Assembly (NCBI GenBank): GCA_951406725.2
Contig: OX597814.1
Coordinates: 78,678,001 to 78,742,000 of the forward strand
Direction of reading: 5' to 3'
Origin: Octopus vulgaris
Taxonomy: Eukaryota
DNA: 64,000 nt
Shown: positions 40,470 through 53,096 of the stretch, in pieces
How positions within the stretch are numbered: the first letter of the stretch is position 1
How the letters are laid out: each line of letters begins with the position of its first letter
Position numbers and translations under genes: made by a program
The notes under the pieces: model-generated
The model's database searches: none
What the model saw: only the letters and a program-made list of their open reading frames with translations
Told to the model about the DNA's origin: nothing

Positions 40470-41075
40470 CTGAGGTGACCTTACCAGCAGTGGGTGGATG
40501 CGAGTATTGTAAAAGCATAAGAGCCCAAGTAAGAATGATGTGTGTAAACTTCAGGAAGCTGTTCACTCTGCCAGCCATAAAAGCATTTTCTCTCTCTCTC
40601 TTTTTTAATAAAGAGTCCATTGTCATGTGTATGAAAAGTGATATTGCATGGCAGCAAAACATGGGGATTCAATGTGAAGAATGTGCAAGGAAAGGAAAGG
40701 AGAGAAGAGAGCATACTCTGCTGGATGTATCATGTTAGTGTACATGAATGACAGAGCACAAATGAACCGAAAGGAAAATTTGGCTTAAGAGGAATCAACT
40801 GTTGTGAGCAAGAGAGAAGACAGAGAAAACAGTAGTGTTATGGATACGTGATATGCATAAAAGGTGACAGTTGGGTAAAGAAGTGCTGAGTGATTCAAGT
40901 AAAGTAACTTGTGGAAAGAGGAAGATATAGGAAGAAATGATGAAGGCTGATCTCAGGAATCTGAGCTTCATGATGAAGACGACAATGAACTGCAACAGGT
41001 AACAAGATGTCAGGCTGGAGAAATCTTGTCCAGCCTGAGCAAGCATGGAGAACCGGATGTAAAAATGATGATGAT
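40470..41075 (+). mobile_element. RTE-clade LINE 3' end with (GAT)n tail
   Basis: Collinear with 35575-36140; ends AGCATGGAGAACCGGATGTAAAAATGATGATGAT. Confidence 0.7.
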
Positions 41076-41679
41076 AATATAAAGGCAATAAGTGTCTGTG
41101 TGTATATGTATAATATATATATATATAAATTACATTATTAATAGGCTACTGGATGAATACCAACCAATAATATCCATTTGCGCTGCGATAAAACAACTTT
41201 TGCATACAAAAGCAGCAGCAAAAAAATAATAAATAAATAAATGAAAAACAAAACAAAAGAAACTAAGAAACTAGAGACCAATCATTAGGACAAAATTGGC
41301 AGCACAGGAAAAATTGAGAAAGTGTCTTAAGATCTGAAACACATTAGTAGACAACATAATCAGACTGGCGAACTGTTACAAACCAAGTAACATTGCAAGC
41401 AGGAAAAGAAATTAGTTCTTCGACATTTGCAATGCAGTTTATTAATGGACTGAAAGGTTTGTATTAAGTAGAAATGTAAAAAGATAAAGGGGAGGGGATT
41501 AGAGCTATTAATACTGCTCTTGTTCTTATTCTAGTTGCTACTGTTGTTATTGTTGTTGCTAGTTTAGTGGTGGCAGTGGTTGTGGTGGAGGTGTTGTTTT
41601 TAACCACAGATGATTAATAAACAGCACTGAGTTGAAAAGAATGGTTTGCCTATACATACTTAATACTAGAGTATGTCCT

Positions 41680-43920
41680 ATATATATATATATATACACA
41701 CACATACACACGCTTGTATGTATACACTTTTGTATACACATACACCTTCAGTTGTCTACCTATAAATACACACACACCAAACGTACGCATCTATAGACTA
41801 TACATGTATGCATACTCAGGCATACATGCGTGTACACAGAGACAACGACACTGTAATTTAGTAAAATGTAAATCCCAAATGAAGAGGAAGCAAATGCCTA
41901 TTAAGCCAGCCACCATGAACAGAAAAGAGCGAAAGATAAAGTTGGAGACATAAAGGTATATATATGTGTGTGTGTGTGTGTGTACATACATATATATGCA
42001 TGTGTGTATATGTATGTGTATGTATATGTATATAGATATATGTGTGTGTATATATGCATATATATGCATGCATGTATGTGTATGTATATAGATATATGTG
42101 TGTATGAGTGTATATATATTTTACACACACATACACACTTCCATGTATATGGGTATTTATGTGTGTGTGTGTGCATGTACATGTGTGTGTTTGCATTTAT
42201 ATATTCAATGTGTGTTCTTATATGGGTATACAGAGATGTGTATGCATATTTGGGTATTATTTCATATTTATATATATGTGCACACATACAAATACAGGCA
42301 TAAACACATATATATACATACATATTTGTGTACATATATGTATACATACATACACACATGTGTGTGTATATATACATCTATATCTATATAAATATATATA
42401 TATACACATCTATATATATACCTCTATATACATATATATACACACACATATACATACATATGTAAGTATATGTGTATATACATATATATATATATATGCA
42501 TATACCTATATACATACATATTTATACACATAAATGCATGTGTCTGTGTATATGTACACACACACATACATCCATATACATATATATAGATACACACTGG
42601 CATGGCTGTATGGGTAGGAACCTTACTTTACAAGCATGTGGTTTCTGGTTCAGTCCCACTGCGTGGCATTCTTGTGACCAATGCCTTGTGAGTGAGTTTG
42701 GTAGATGGAAACTGTGTGGAAGCTTGTTATATATACATGTGTGTGTGTGTGTGTCTTTTTACTTATCTCCCCACTGCTTGACAACTTGCGTTGGCTTGTT
42801 TACATCCATGTAACTTAGCAGTTTGGCAAAAGTGACCAATAGAATAAGCCCAGGCTTTAAATAAAAAAAAAGACGACAGAAGTACCGAGGTTGATTTATT
42901 CTACTAAATCCTTCAAGGCAATGCTCCAGCCTGACCCTCATCTAATAATTTCAAACAAGTAAAAAATAAAAAATGTATCAATAAATACATATGTACATAT
43001 CTACACACATACACACATATTTATATATATATACACATACACACATACATATGTGTGTATGTGTGTGTGTGTACATATGTATAATTATACACACTCAAAC
43101 ATCTATACATAAATATCAATGTACACATTGATATACACATATATAAGCACATACTCCTGTACATACTCATATACACAAAAACGTGTACATATACACAAAA
43201 TATATGTACATGAACATATATATGCATGTGTTCATGTATGCCCATGTTTAAGTGTGTGTATCTCCACTTGCATATGCATACATATTTATATACATACATA
43301 GAAAGAGAATGAGAGAGCATGAAAGAAAGACAGAAAGAAAGAGACACAGAGAGAAGCAAGAGTGGAGGAGTCCATTTGGAGAAATGTGTCCTGGTACTAA
43401 AGCTAAGTGAGTTGTCATTTGAGAATTGGACTTTTAACTGTGAGTTGAGTTGAGTCGTGCCTGACTAGCAGATCGCTATATTCCGTCTCCCCTGTTGCGA
43501 AGATTCAGTGATGCGACACTTAACCAAGGACCGATATCTGAATGAGGAAACTGGGATGCAGCAGAGAGTGGAAAATCTAGTCACAAATTCTATTTGGTTT
43601 ATTTCATTACATATTTTCTTTATTATTAGTTTTTTTTCTATTATTTTCTATTTTTATTTTTATCATTATTTTTATTCTGCTGACGCGATTGGATGGATAG
43701 GATAACTCCACCAGCACCAAACAGCAGTAGCACTACCACCACCACCAACAACAACAAAATAGAAAATGACAACAACAAAAACAAGCACAACAATGATAAC
43801 CATAACAAGAAAGATGACAATGCACAATAATAATAACAACACAGAGATACATAAACAAATACATAAATACATAAACAATGCAAGAATAACCATAGTGAGA
43901 TGACAACAGCAATAATAATG

Positions 43921-43974
<54 letters not shown>

Positions 43975-45056
43975 CAACAACAATAAGTACAAAAAAGATG
44001 ACAACAATAATAGTAAGAGTAACAACAAACAATAATTATAATAGAACTGGGCATGCGTCTTGGACTGTGTATGATTTGAAATATGCATTAGCAGATTGCG
44101 ACAGACCAGCATGAATATTTGATTAATTCGCAGCCTTATGGCATTCATTACACTACAATGCAGATATGTACACATACGTATTGTGTTTTGGTTTCATACA
44201 AATGTGCGAGGGTGTGAGTGTGCACGTGTTTCTATCTGTGTGTGTGTATTTGCGTGTGAATGTATGTGTGTGTGTATGTGTTTGCGTGTGAATGTGTGTG
44301 TGTGTGAGTGAGTGGATGTATGCCCGAATCTAGTGTTGCGATCTAGTTGTATGCCTGCGTTCTTTGTTTTGTTTTTGTTAGTTTCGCGTGTGTGAATGTG
44401 TGTGTGCACGTGCGTGTGTGTATTTGTAGGTATAAATGGATGTCCCAATATTTCTCTGTCATGACAAATGTAAACACATGCATACAAATCGATGATGTGA
44501 GCGTGTATATACATACAAACACACACATATACACAAATATGTATATATGTGTCTATTCACCCCAGTGCATTCTCTTTCTCTCTCTCTCTCTCTCTCTTTA
44601 TATATGTACACACACACACACACATATATATAGGAAACTTGGCAGTATCTTAAAAATAGAAATTGTTATGGTTATCCGTTGTAAAGTTGAGAATAGATGA
44701 TGTGAAAATTAAATAAGTTTTGAAAAAAATTAGCAAAACTTAGAAGAAAAAATCCTTCCATCATAAAAACTAAAAACAAAAAAACACAAATATCAAACAC
44801 ACATGCACGGATATGTTTATTCCTTTGTACTTGTTACACCACTGAGCTGTGGCCATGCTAGAGCAATGCCTTGAAGGGTTTAGAAAAACAAGTCGATCCC
44901 AGTGTTTATATCTTATTTTCTAAGCCTTGCACTTATTCTGTTGGGCTCCATTTGCTGAATTGCTATGGTACACTTATGTAAATGAACCAACACTGGTTGT
45001 CAAGTGGTGTTTGGGGGTGCAGTGGGAGAGTGGAATAAACAAGCACAAACACACAT

Positions 45057-45092
<36 letters not shown>

Positions 45093-45613
45093 AAGGGTGA
45101 AAAGGAACACACGAGTTGATATATATGAAAAAACAAGTCAAAATAGAAAATGCTAAAATAATTTTATAGTGAACATGTTCACTATAAAATTATTTTAGCA
45201 TTTTCTATTTTTGACTTGTTTTTTCATATATATATATATACATACATATATATATATATACATACATACATACATATATATATACATATATATATATACA
45301 CATATATGTGTATATATATATACACACATACACACATATATATATACACATATATATATACATACATATATATACATATATATACACATATATATATACA
45401 TACATATACACATATATATATACATATATACACATATATATATACACATATACACATATATATATACACATATATATATACATATATACATATATATACA
45501 TATACATATATACATATATATACATATACATATATACATATATATGTACACATATATATCTATATATACATATATATATATATGTATATATATATGTATA
45601 TATATATATACAT

Positions 45614-45649
<36 letters not shown>

Positions 45650-45686
45650 GTATGTATATATATATATACATATATATTTATATATA
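41680..45686. repeat. Compound (TA)n/(CA)n/(TG)n/(AAT)n microsatellite field with embedded SINEs (42598-42965 +, 44822-45010 -) and short unique islands
   Basis: Directly visible; source of the Y/I/H/T/C/V-rich ORFs. Confidence 0.9.
45121..45231. repeat. Spacer-less palindrome of ~110 bp
   Basis: Centre GAACA|TGTTC at 45175/45176; arms differ only by one base in an A/T run. Confidence 0.95.
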
Positions 45687-46861
45687 TCTGTATCTATTAA
45701 AGGCAGGATGTGTGTGTGTGTACGTGGATGTAATTTATGCATGTCCACAAATTAGCACACATGTCGCTCCAATTTTAGGAGGACATTCGTCACCATTCTA
45801 CCTGGATTTTGTCAACTTACTTTTTTTCTGAGGCACACGCGGATAGCGGTAAAAATCTATTTTCAACCATGACTTTTACCAATTTCGAAGGTTGCTAATA
45901 TGAGTTAAGTCCCTTCTAGCCATAGCCAAGCGAAAGTGTGTGAGGGAGAGATAGAAGTTGTGTGTTGATGTATGTGAGTGTGAGGGAGAGAGAGTGTTTC
46001 ACAACGTCTAACAAAAAAAAATAAAGAAAATGTATGTGTAAGGGAGAGTGAGAGAGTTTGACAGCATCTAACAAAAAAAAAAAACAAGGTAAAGAAAAGT
46101 GGGAGAGAGGCAGAGAGTTTGACAGTGTCTAACAAAAAAAAAAGGTAAAGAAAAAGTGAGAGAGAGATAAAGAGAGAGAGAGAGAGGGAGAGTAAGTCAC
46201 AGCGTTCATAAAAAATAAAATGTAAAATGTTTTGCTTTTTTTTAAACACAAGATATAGTCTTCAAATTTAGGATGTTTTTGAAAGACACTATATTTTATT
46301 ATCAGATTATATATACTTTTTCACACAATTAAAATATATTTATTTTAAATCGTTCATCTTTCTCCCCCCTCTCTCTCACACACACATTACTTTGGGTGCA
46401 AAAGAGTTTTGTTTTTATTTTACGCCAAGGAAAAAATGTTTTGTTGAGAATCCATTTATTTAACAACAAACAAAGAGGTAGGTAAAAATTTGTCAGTGAA
46501 TTACACAATATAAATGGTTACAGTTTCCGAGGCTTCCACCACACCCTACTCTGTTTTTCGGATCACATATTAGGAGGCCAGAGTAGTTGATTCCATGCAA
46601 AAAACCTGATTTTTTTTCCATTCATTTCTGTTCATGAACATGTATGCGTGCAAAAAACATATATGCAATAGGTGTACGTAAGTGTATTCGTGTGTGTGTG
46701 TTGCCCATATATATTTATATTATTTATATCACATATATATAAACCAATTTCAAATTTGCCCAAATTTGACGTCGATATTACTTAGTTTGGTTTGAAATAA
46801 TGAATTTGATTAGATTAATAATCCTAACTTAATCCTGGGCAAAGTTGGGTTATACTGCTAG
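45687..46861 (+). mobile_element. Probable non-autonomous Helitron
   Basis: 5' A|TC (TCTGTATCTATTAAAG); 3' degenerate hairpin CCTGGGCAAAGTTGGG then CTAG|T at 46858-46862; no TSD; internal ~55-bp tandem units at 45985-46145. Confidence 0.6.
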
Positions 46862-46875
46862 TGTATATATATATA

Positions 46876-47181
46876 TCACGTGATCACGTGACTGACCAGA
46901 CCATCAGATGTTGCTACACATCGCTGGTCACAATGTGTTCGCATTGTTTTAGCCTTCGAATGACGCCACCCCGCTGGCTAAGCGAGTAGACCAACAGAAG
47001 AAAGAGTGGGAGAAAGAGTGGTGAAAGAGTACAGCAGGGATCACCACCCCCTGCCGGAGCCTCGTGCAGCTTTTTAGGTGTTTTCGCTCAATAAACACAC
47101 ACAACGCCCAGTCTGGGAATCGAAACCGCGATCCTACGACCGCGAGTCCGCTGCCCTAACCACTGGGCCATTGCGCCTCCA
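46876..47181 (-). mobile_element. Young tRNA-derived SINE, family C, in a (TA)n tract
   Basis: Minus strand GGCGCAATGGCCCAGTGGTTAGGGCAGCGGACTCGCGGTCGTAGGATCGCGGTTTCGATTCCC (A and B boxes); CpGs intact; tail GTCACGTGATCACGTGA. Confidence 0.85.
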
Positions 47182-47579
47182 CATATATATATATACACAT
47201 ATATATATATATACACACATATATATATATATAAACACACAATGTGTTGCTTTTGTTTCTATCTACCAAATCCACTCACAATGCTTTGGTCAGCCTGAGG
47301 CTGTAGTAGAAGACTATCAAGCGATAATAGGGGGACAAACACAGACACACAAATATATACATACATACATGATGGGCTGCTTTCAGCTTCCATCTACCAA
47401 ATCTACTTACAAGGCTTTGGTAATCCTGAAGCCAAAGTAGAAGACACTTGCCCAAGATCCCACACAGTGGGACTGAACCTGGACCCATGCTGTTGGGAAG
47501 CAAGCTTCTTACTACACAGCCACACCTATATATACATATATATATATTATATATATATATATTATATACATAAGCACAC

Positions 47580-49292
47580 AAGACCCCAACAGTGGATCAA
47601 ACAGAGGAAGCTAGATCCCCAAACTGAGAGATTGATCCTAGTAGAAGAGGGCATTGCTAGATGGACTGGCTAGAAAGGCACAACTCTTATGACATTGGAG
47701 CTAGCGGCATTCCATTGCAACCCATCTTCCAGACCTCGCATGTCACTCTAGGTAGTGCTACGACAGAAGGATTTTCAGCTATAGTGCATAGGGACCCCCT
47801 TGGCAAGGAGATCTCCACTCTAAACAAATTCACAACATTGGCTGATTTCTTTTTGATCCAGCACTTCCTTTTCCATTTTTTCAACAAAATCCCAATGGCG
47901 ATGGGGTGAGGATGGTGGGAATTTGTTGAAACTAGAAGCTCTTAGCCTAAACTTGCATGATGGCAGCAGATGCAAGATGGTCACCCTCCTGGGACCTGGT
48001 GACAACCCAAGGACTCGGTCCTACATCTCAAACTGGGCAAGCCTATGTAGGAATACTGCTACTCACTCTGAATGGAGAAGGCCCTAGAACAGTTGGGCTA
48101 TACATCGGATGTCACTACTGAACCCTGGCTGGTAAGCCGCATCCAGCAGGACACCCATACAAGTGGTTGAACAACAGAAATTAAATTAATTAGATTAATC
48201 AAAGGAACATGGAATGTGTGAACACTCTTTGTTCTTCAAGACACGGAGAGACCAGAACATAAAACAGCTCTTGTCTCCAAAGAACTAGTGAGATTTAACA
48301 TAGACATTGCTGCCCTCAGTGAAACATGCTTGTCTGGGGAAGGAAAGACTGAAGAAATAGGCTTGGGTTATACCTTCTTCTTGAAAGGAAAAGAAGGAGA
48401 GAGAAAAATTCACAGAGTTGCTTTTGCTGTAAAATCCAAGCTTATGAGGGAACATCTGAAACCTTCTGCCATCAATGAATGGCTTATGACTCTCTGAATA
48501 GCAACCTCTGCGACAACATTTAGACACTGATCTCTGCTTAAGCACATACACTTGATGCCAATGACAATGTGAAAAATACCTTCTACCAACAGCTGAGTGA
48601 CCTGATCCTCAATGTACCACCCAATGACAAGCTCCTCCTCCCCAGGGATTTTAATGCAAGGGTGGGGAGAGACAACAGACTATGAGAGAATGTTATTAAC
48701 AAAGAAGGGTTGGAAACTGCAATGAAAATGGACTCTTGCTCCTTGGGATCGTCATCACCAACACCCAATTTCAACTCTCAAATCGCTTCAAGACCACCTG
48801 GAAGCACCCTAGGTGAAAACACTGGCACCACCTGGACTACTCCATCATCTGGCAATGAAACAAAAGAAATGTCCTCATCACATGAATGGCTAACAGCACT
48901 GACGATTGCTGGACAGATCATCATGTAGTCACTCACCTTCGAATAATGGTTAACAACAAACTAAAGACTAGAAAAACAAAACCAGTCAGAAGAAAATTTG
49001 ACATATCGAAGTTTAACAACTCAGAGATCAGCTCCCTTTATGCATCTTCCATTCTCAAACACCTTCAATTTGTGGGGACTATTGTGGCATCTCACTGCTT
49101 TTCACTGCAAGGAAAATCTTTGCAAGGCTCCTTCTGGATCGTCTCCAAGTCTTCACAGAGGAAGTCCTACCCGAATCACTATGTGGATTTCGACCATCCA
49201 GAGGGGTAACTGACGTGATGTTTTGTGCTTGACAAAATACAAGAAAAGAGTAGAGAATAACAAAACCCACTCTATTTTGTTTTCTATAACTT
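47580..49292 (+). mobile_element. RTE/BovB-like LINE: putative 5' UTR, APE endonuclease and start of RT, internally deleted
   Basis: GTWNV, IDIAALSET, GYTFFLKG, DFNARVG, GNCNENG, TTWKHPR, HLDY, WTDH; then CGDYCGISLL..KIFARLLLDRL..LPESLCGFRPSRGVTD. The 5' boundary is approximate. Confidence 0.9.
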
Positions 49293-49620
49293 TGTTACTG
49301 AATGGCATGAAGAACATTTGAGTGATGTTGAATATCTTATCTGGTCACCACAGTCCCCAGATCTCAATATCATTGAACGTTTACGGTGCATTTTAGAAAA
49401 ACAGGTAAGGAGTCAATATCTTCCACCATCATCACTACAAGAACTGGAGACTGTTTTAGGTGAAGAATGGACAAAAAATCCTTTGGAAACAATTCAAATT
49501 TTTTACAAGTCCATACCTTGTAGAATTCAAGCTGTAATTACTGCTAAAGTGCTCCTACCTCATATCAAAATAAATTTCTTTGAAATTTTAAGGCGTTTCC
49601 ATTATTTTGTCCAACCCCTG
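49293..49620 (+). mobile_element. Tc1-family transposon 3' end
   Basis: WSPQSPDLNIIE (catalytic Glu), SIPCRIQAVITAK; right TIR CCATTATTTTGTCCAACCCCTG followed by TA. Confidence 0.85.
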
Positions 49621-49803
49621 TATGTACATACATACATGTACATATATGTCTAAACATACATATACATATATGTACATACATAAATGCATATACATATATG
49701 CATATACATACAAATACATATATGCATATACATAACTATACATATATGCTTATACATATATATATATATCTATATATATATATATATGCATATACGTACA
49801 AAT

Positions 49804-50290
49804 ACATCATCATCATCATCATCATCGTTTAACGTCTGCTTTCCATGCTAGCATGGGTTGGATGATTTGACTGAGGACTGGCGAACCAGATGGCTGCACC
49901 AATCTCCAATCTGATCTGACAGAGTTTCTACAGCTGGATGCCCTTCCTAATGCCAACCACTCCGAGAGTGTAGTGGGTGCTTTTACGTGCCACCTGCACG
50001 AGGGCCAGTCTGGGGCTACTGGCAACAGCCATGCTCAAATGGTGTTTTTTATGTGCCACCTGCACAAGAGTCAGTCCAGTGGCACTGGCAACAACCTCGC
50101 TCGAATGTTTTGTTCACATGCCACCGGCACAAGTTCCAGTAAGGTGACGCTGGTAACGATCACACTCAAATGGTGCTTTTTACATACCACGGAAGCCAGA
50201 CAGCTGTTCTGGCAGTGATCCCACTCGGATGGAGCTGTTAGCGCTCCACTTGCACGGGTGTCATTCATCGAATTTGGTCCAGTCATTGAA
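49804..50290 (-). mobile_element. Short retroposon with RTE-type tail and internal ~65-70-bp tandem units
   Basis: (CAT)n-CGTTTAACGTCTGCTTTCCATGCTAGCATGGGTTGG; repeated TTTT..GTGCCACC..CAC...CTGGCAAC units at 49975-50230. Confidence 0.75.
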
Positions 50291-50439
50291 TATGCATATA
50301 CATACATATACATGTATGCATATACATACAAATACAAATATGCATATACATACAAATACATATATGCATATACATACAAATACATATATGCATATACATA
50401 CAAATACACATACATATATGTATATGAATTGTACACATA

Positions 50440-51805
50440 ATAGACTTCTTTCAGTTTCTGTCTACTAAATCTACTCACAAGGTTTTAGTTGGTCTGGGCC
50501 TATAGCAAAAGAAAGACACTCACACTCACTCAAGGTGCTATGCAGTGGGACTGAACCCTGAACCATGTGGTTGGGAAGCAAACTTCTTACCACACAGCAC
50601 GAACACGACTGTATAAAATATTCACACATTCACTACTTGAGCCAAGCCTGCATAGATGAAACAACAAAGCAAAATCATTAATGTCTTTATTAGCATATCA
50701 GATTAATTAACAATTTTCATTACTAACACTGCTATTGTTGCTTGATCTCAAGATTTGAATGAGCCACATTCTTGATACTCCTATCAAATTCCTCACCAGA
50801 TTGTTTTTTAAGCTATGCACAGGCATTGGGATGCAGTTAATAAGCTTGCTTAGCAACCAAGTGGTTTCAGGTTGAGTCCTATTGTGGAGCACTTTGAGTG
50901 TCTTCTATTGAGGCCTCAAGTCAACTAATGCCTTGTGAGTGAATTTGGAATATGGAAACTGTGTGGAAGCCTATCCCACACACACATATAGAGGGTTTGA
51001 ATATATAGCAAACAAAAGACAGAGACAGGTGAGGGAGCAATAAGTAGGTGAATTAGTTTTACTTTTGAGGAAAAATGGAAGAGTTTTTGACGTTTCATAT
51101 ATATGTATGTGTGTGTGTGAGAGTGCGCATGTGCTATTGTGTTTGCACCCTCAATATTTAACAACAGGTGTTGGTTTGTTTATGTTCCCATAACTTAATG
51201 GACTGGCAAAAGAGAATGACAGAATAAGTGCTAAACTTCAGAAAAAAAAAATCTAAGAGTGATTTGTTTGACTAAAACTCTTGAAGGTAGTGCTCCAGCA
51301 TGGCTGAATTCCACAAATTTTTCAAAGTGCAGAGTGAATGGTTGTAATATCATCATGGAATGTAAGCATTACCACACAGTTTTGCTCAAAGTGTGACAAG
51401 GAATACACCAACATCCATGCACATTAACAAGAACACACACATTATTCTATAGGCATGATATAGTTCTTGCCAGTCTTTTTTATTCATGACTTGTTTCAGT
51501 CATTGGACTGCAGTCATGCTGGGATGCTTAGATGAACAAATCTAAGCATCCCAGAACTTCATTTATTTTTTTTTTGAGTACAGTACTTATTTTATCAGTC
51601 TTTTTTTGCTGCTGAACTGTTAAGTCATGAAGGACTTAAACAAAAACCAATACCAGTTTTAAAATGGTGTGAAGACAAACACAAACACACACGTATACAT
51701 ATTTATGACAGGCTACCACAAGCACAAATTCACACACTCACATGCCAGGCTTCCACAGTTTCTTCCAATCAAATTCATTCACAAGGCAATGATTGGCCCA
51801 GGGAT
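50440..51805. mobile_element. Three family A SINE copies in alternating orientation (50440-50612 -, 50820-51305 +, 51488-51805 -)
   Basis: Family A head, body and tail motifs in each. Confidence 0.75.
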
Positions 51806-51833
51806 GATCAAGTCTTGATTCTCCAAGAATTAA

Positions 51834-52055
51834 CCCTTTCGTTACCAACCCGGCCAAAACCGGCTCTGGCTCTATACTACAAATGTCTTGTTTTCATAAG
51901 TTTTGAATTAAACTCTTCTACCAAACATTAGTCACTATTTATGTTCCTAACACTAGCTTAGTGATAACTTAGTTATTTTACTAAATTCTTTGTTATATTT
52001 AAAATTAATTGAAAGAATCACAGAGCATCTCAACAGAAATATGGTAACGAAAGGG
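51834..52055. mobile_element. piggyBac-like MITE family 2, best-preserved copy
   Basis: Perfect 14-bp TIR CCCTTTCGTTACCA / TGGTAACGAAAGGG; TTAA at 51830-51833 and 52056-52059. Confidence 0.9.
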
Positions 52056-52404
52056 TTAAGCTATCCCTCATAGGGATGGTCAGCCAAAATTTCACTTTTA
52101 CAAAAAAAAAACAAAAAAAACAATGGCTATAAAGATGCTGCTGCTGCTGATGATGATTATGATGATGAAGAGGTTAGTAAAGATGATCATGGTGAGGAGG
52201 AATACAATACTGATGAGGTTATTCTTTAAATTTACAGCAGTGATAACCACCACCATTTTAACTTTGGTTTTATAACAAATTTCTAAAGCATTTCTCCAAC
52301 ATATGTTATACTTATATATTTATCGTAGAAGAGCTAGCAACTGATAAAATTTCACTTTTACATTGGTACCTTATAAATGTGTGTGTGTGTGTGTGTGCAT
52401 GCAG

Positions 52405-52439
<35 letters not shown>

Positions 52440-53096
52440 CATGTGTGAGTGTGCGTATGTGCATGTACACACCCACACAACACACAGCCACTAAGCAATG
52501 TATGGTTCGAGTCTCATCTCAGCACATACAATATCCTTTTGTTTCTCAACTCCACCTCCATCTATTTTCTTTAGGGGAGAGTGGATGTGTTTTTTGTAAA
52601 TCATATCAGTTAATCACAACCACAATATTTGTTTTGGTGTGTATGCATGTGTGTAGTATATATTTACCAATATATGCATTGTTATTTACACTTACACACA
52701 CACACACACACAATATGCATGTTTGTGTGTATGTATGTGCAGTTGTGTGTAAGCCTGGATATGTATGTTTATTTATCAATATATACTTTAAGTGTTTATA
52801 TATAAATAGCAAGTATTTGTGTGTGTGTGTACACACACACACACACACACACACACAGAAGAATGAGCCAAAATAACAAAAAGATACTCAACAGAATTTC
52901 AGAGAATTCTAAAAGCAGAAGAATAATGTTTCTTTTATATGGGAACAAAGCATCTTTTCATAATGGTAGATAGCATAGGAAAACTGATTTAACACTGTAT
53001 ATGACTGCTTTTTATATTTGAGGCCATGTGTAGGCTATGGGCACAATCACCTCCTCCATACCCAACCATTAAAAGAAATAAGCTCAACTTGGATGA

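Noticed and set aside
43500-43580. Possible C/D box snoRNA
   Set aside because: C box is imperfect (TGATGC) and no D box with terminal stem lies at a suitable distance.
41714-45831. Many overlapping ORFs up to 206 aa
   Set aside because: Translations of TA/CA/TG repeats that lack stop codons.
47110-47181. Possible tRNA gene
   Set aside because: A and B boxes present but no clear acceptor stem, and it continues into a SINE body.
49975-50230. Repeat-spacer-like periodicity
   Set aside because: Internal tandem units of a retroposon, no cas genes, eukaryotic context.
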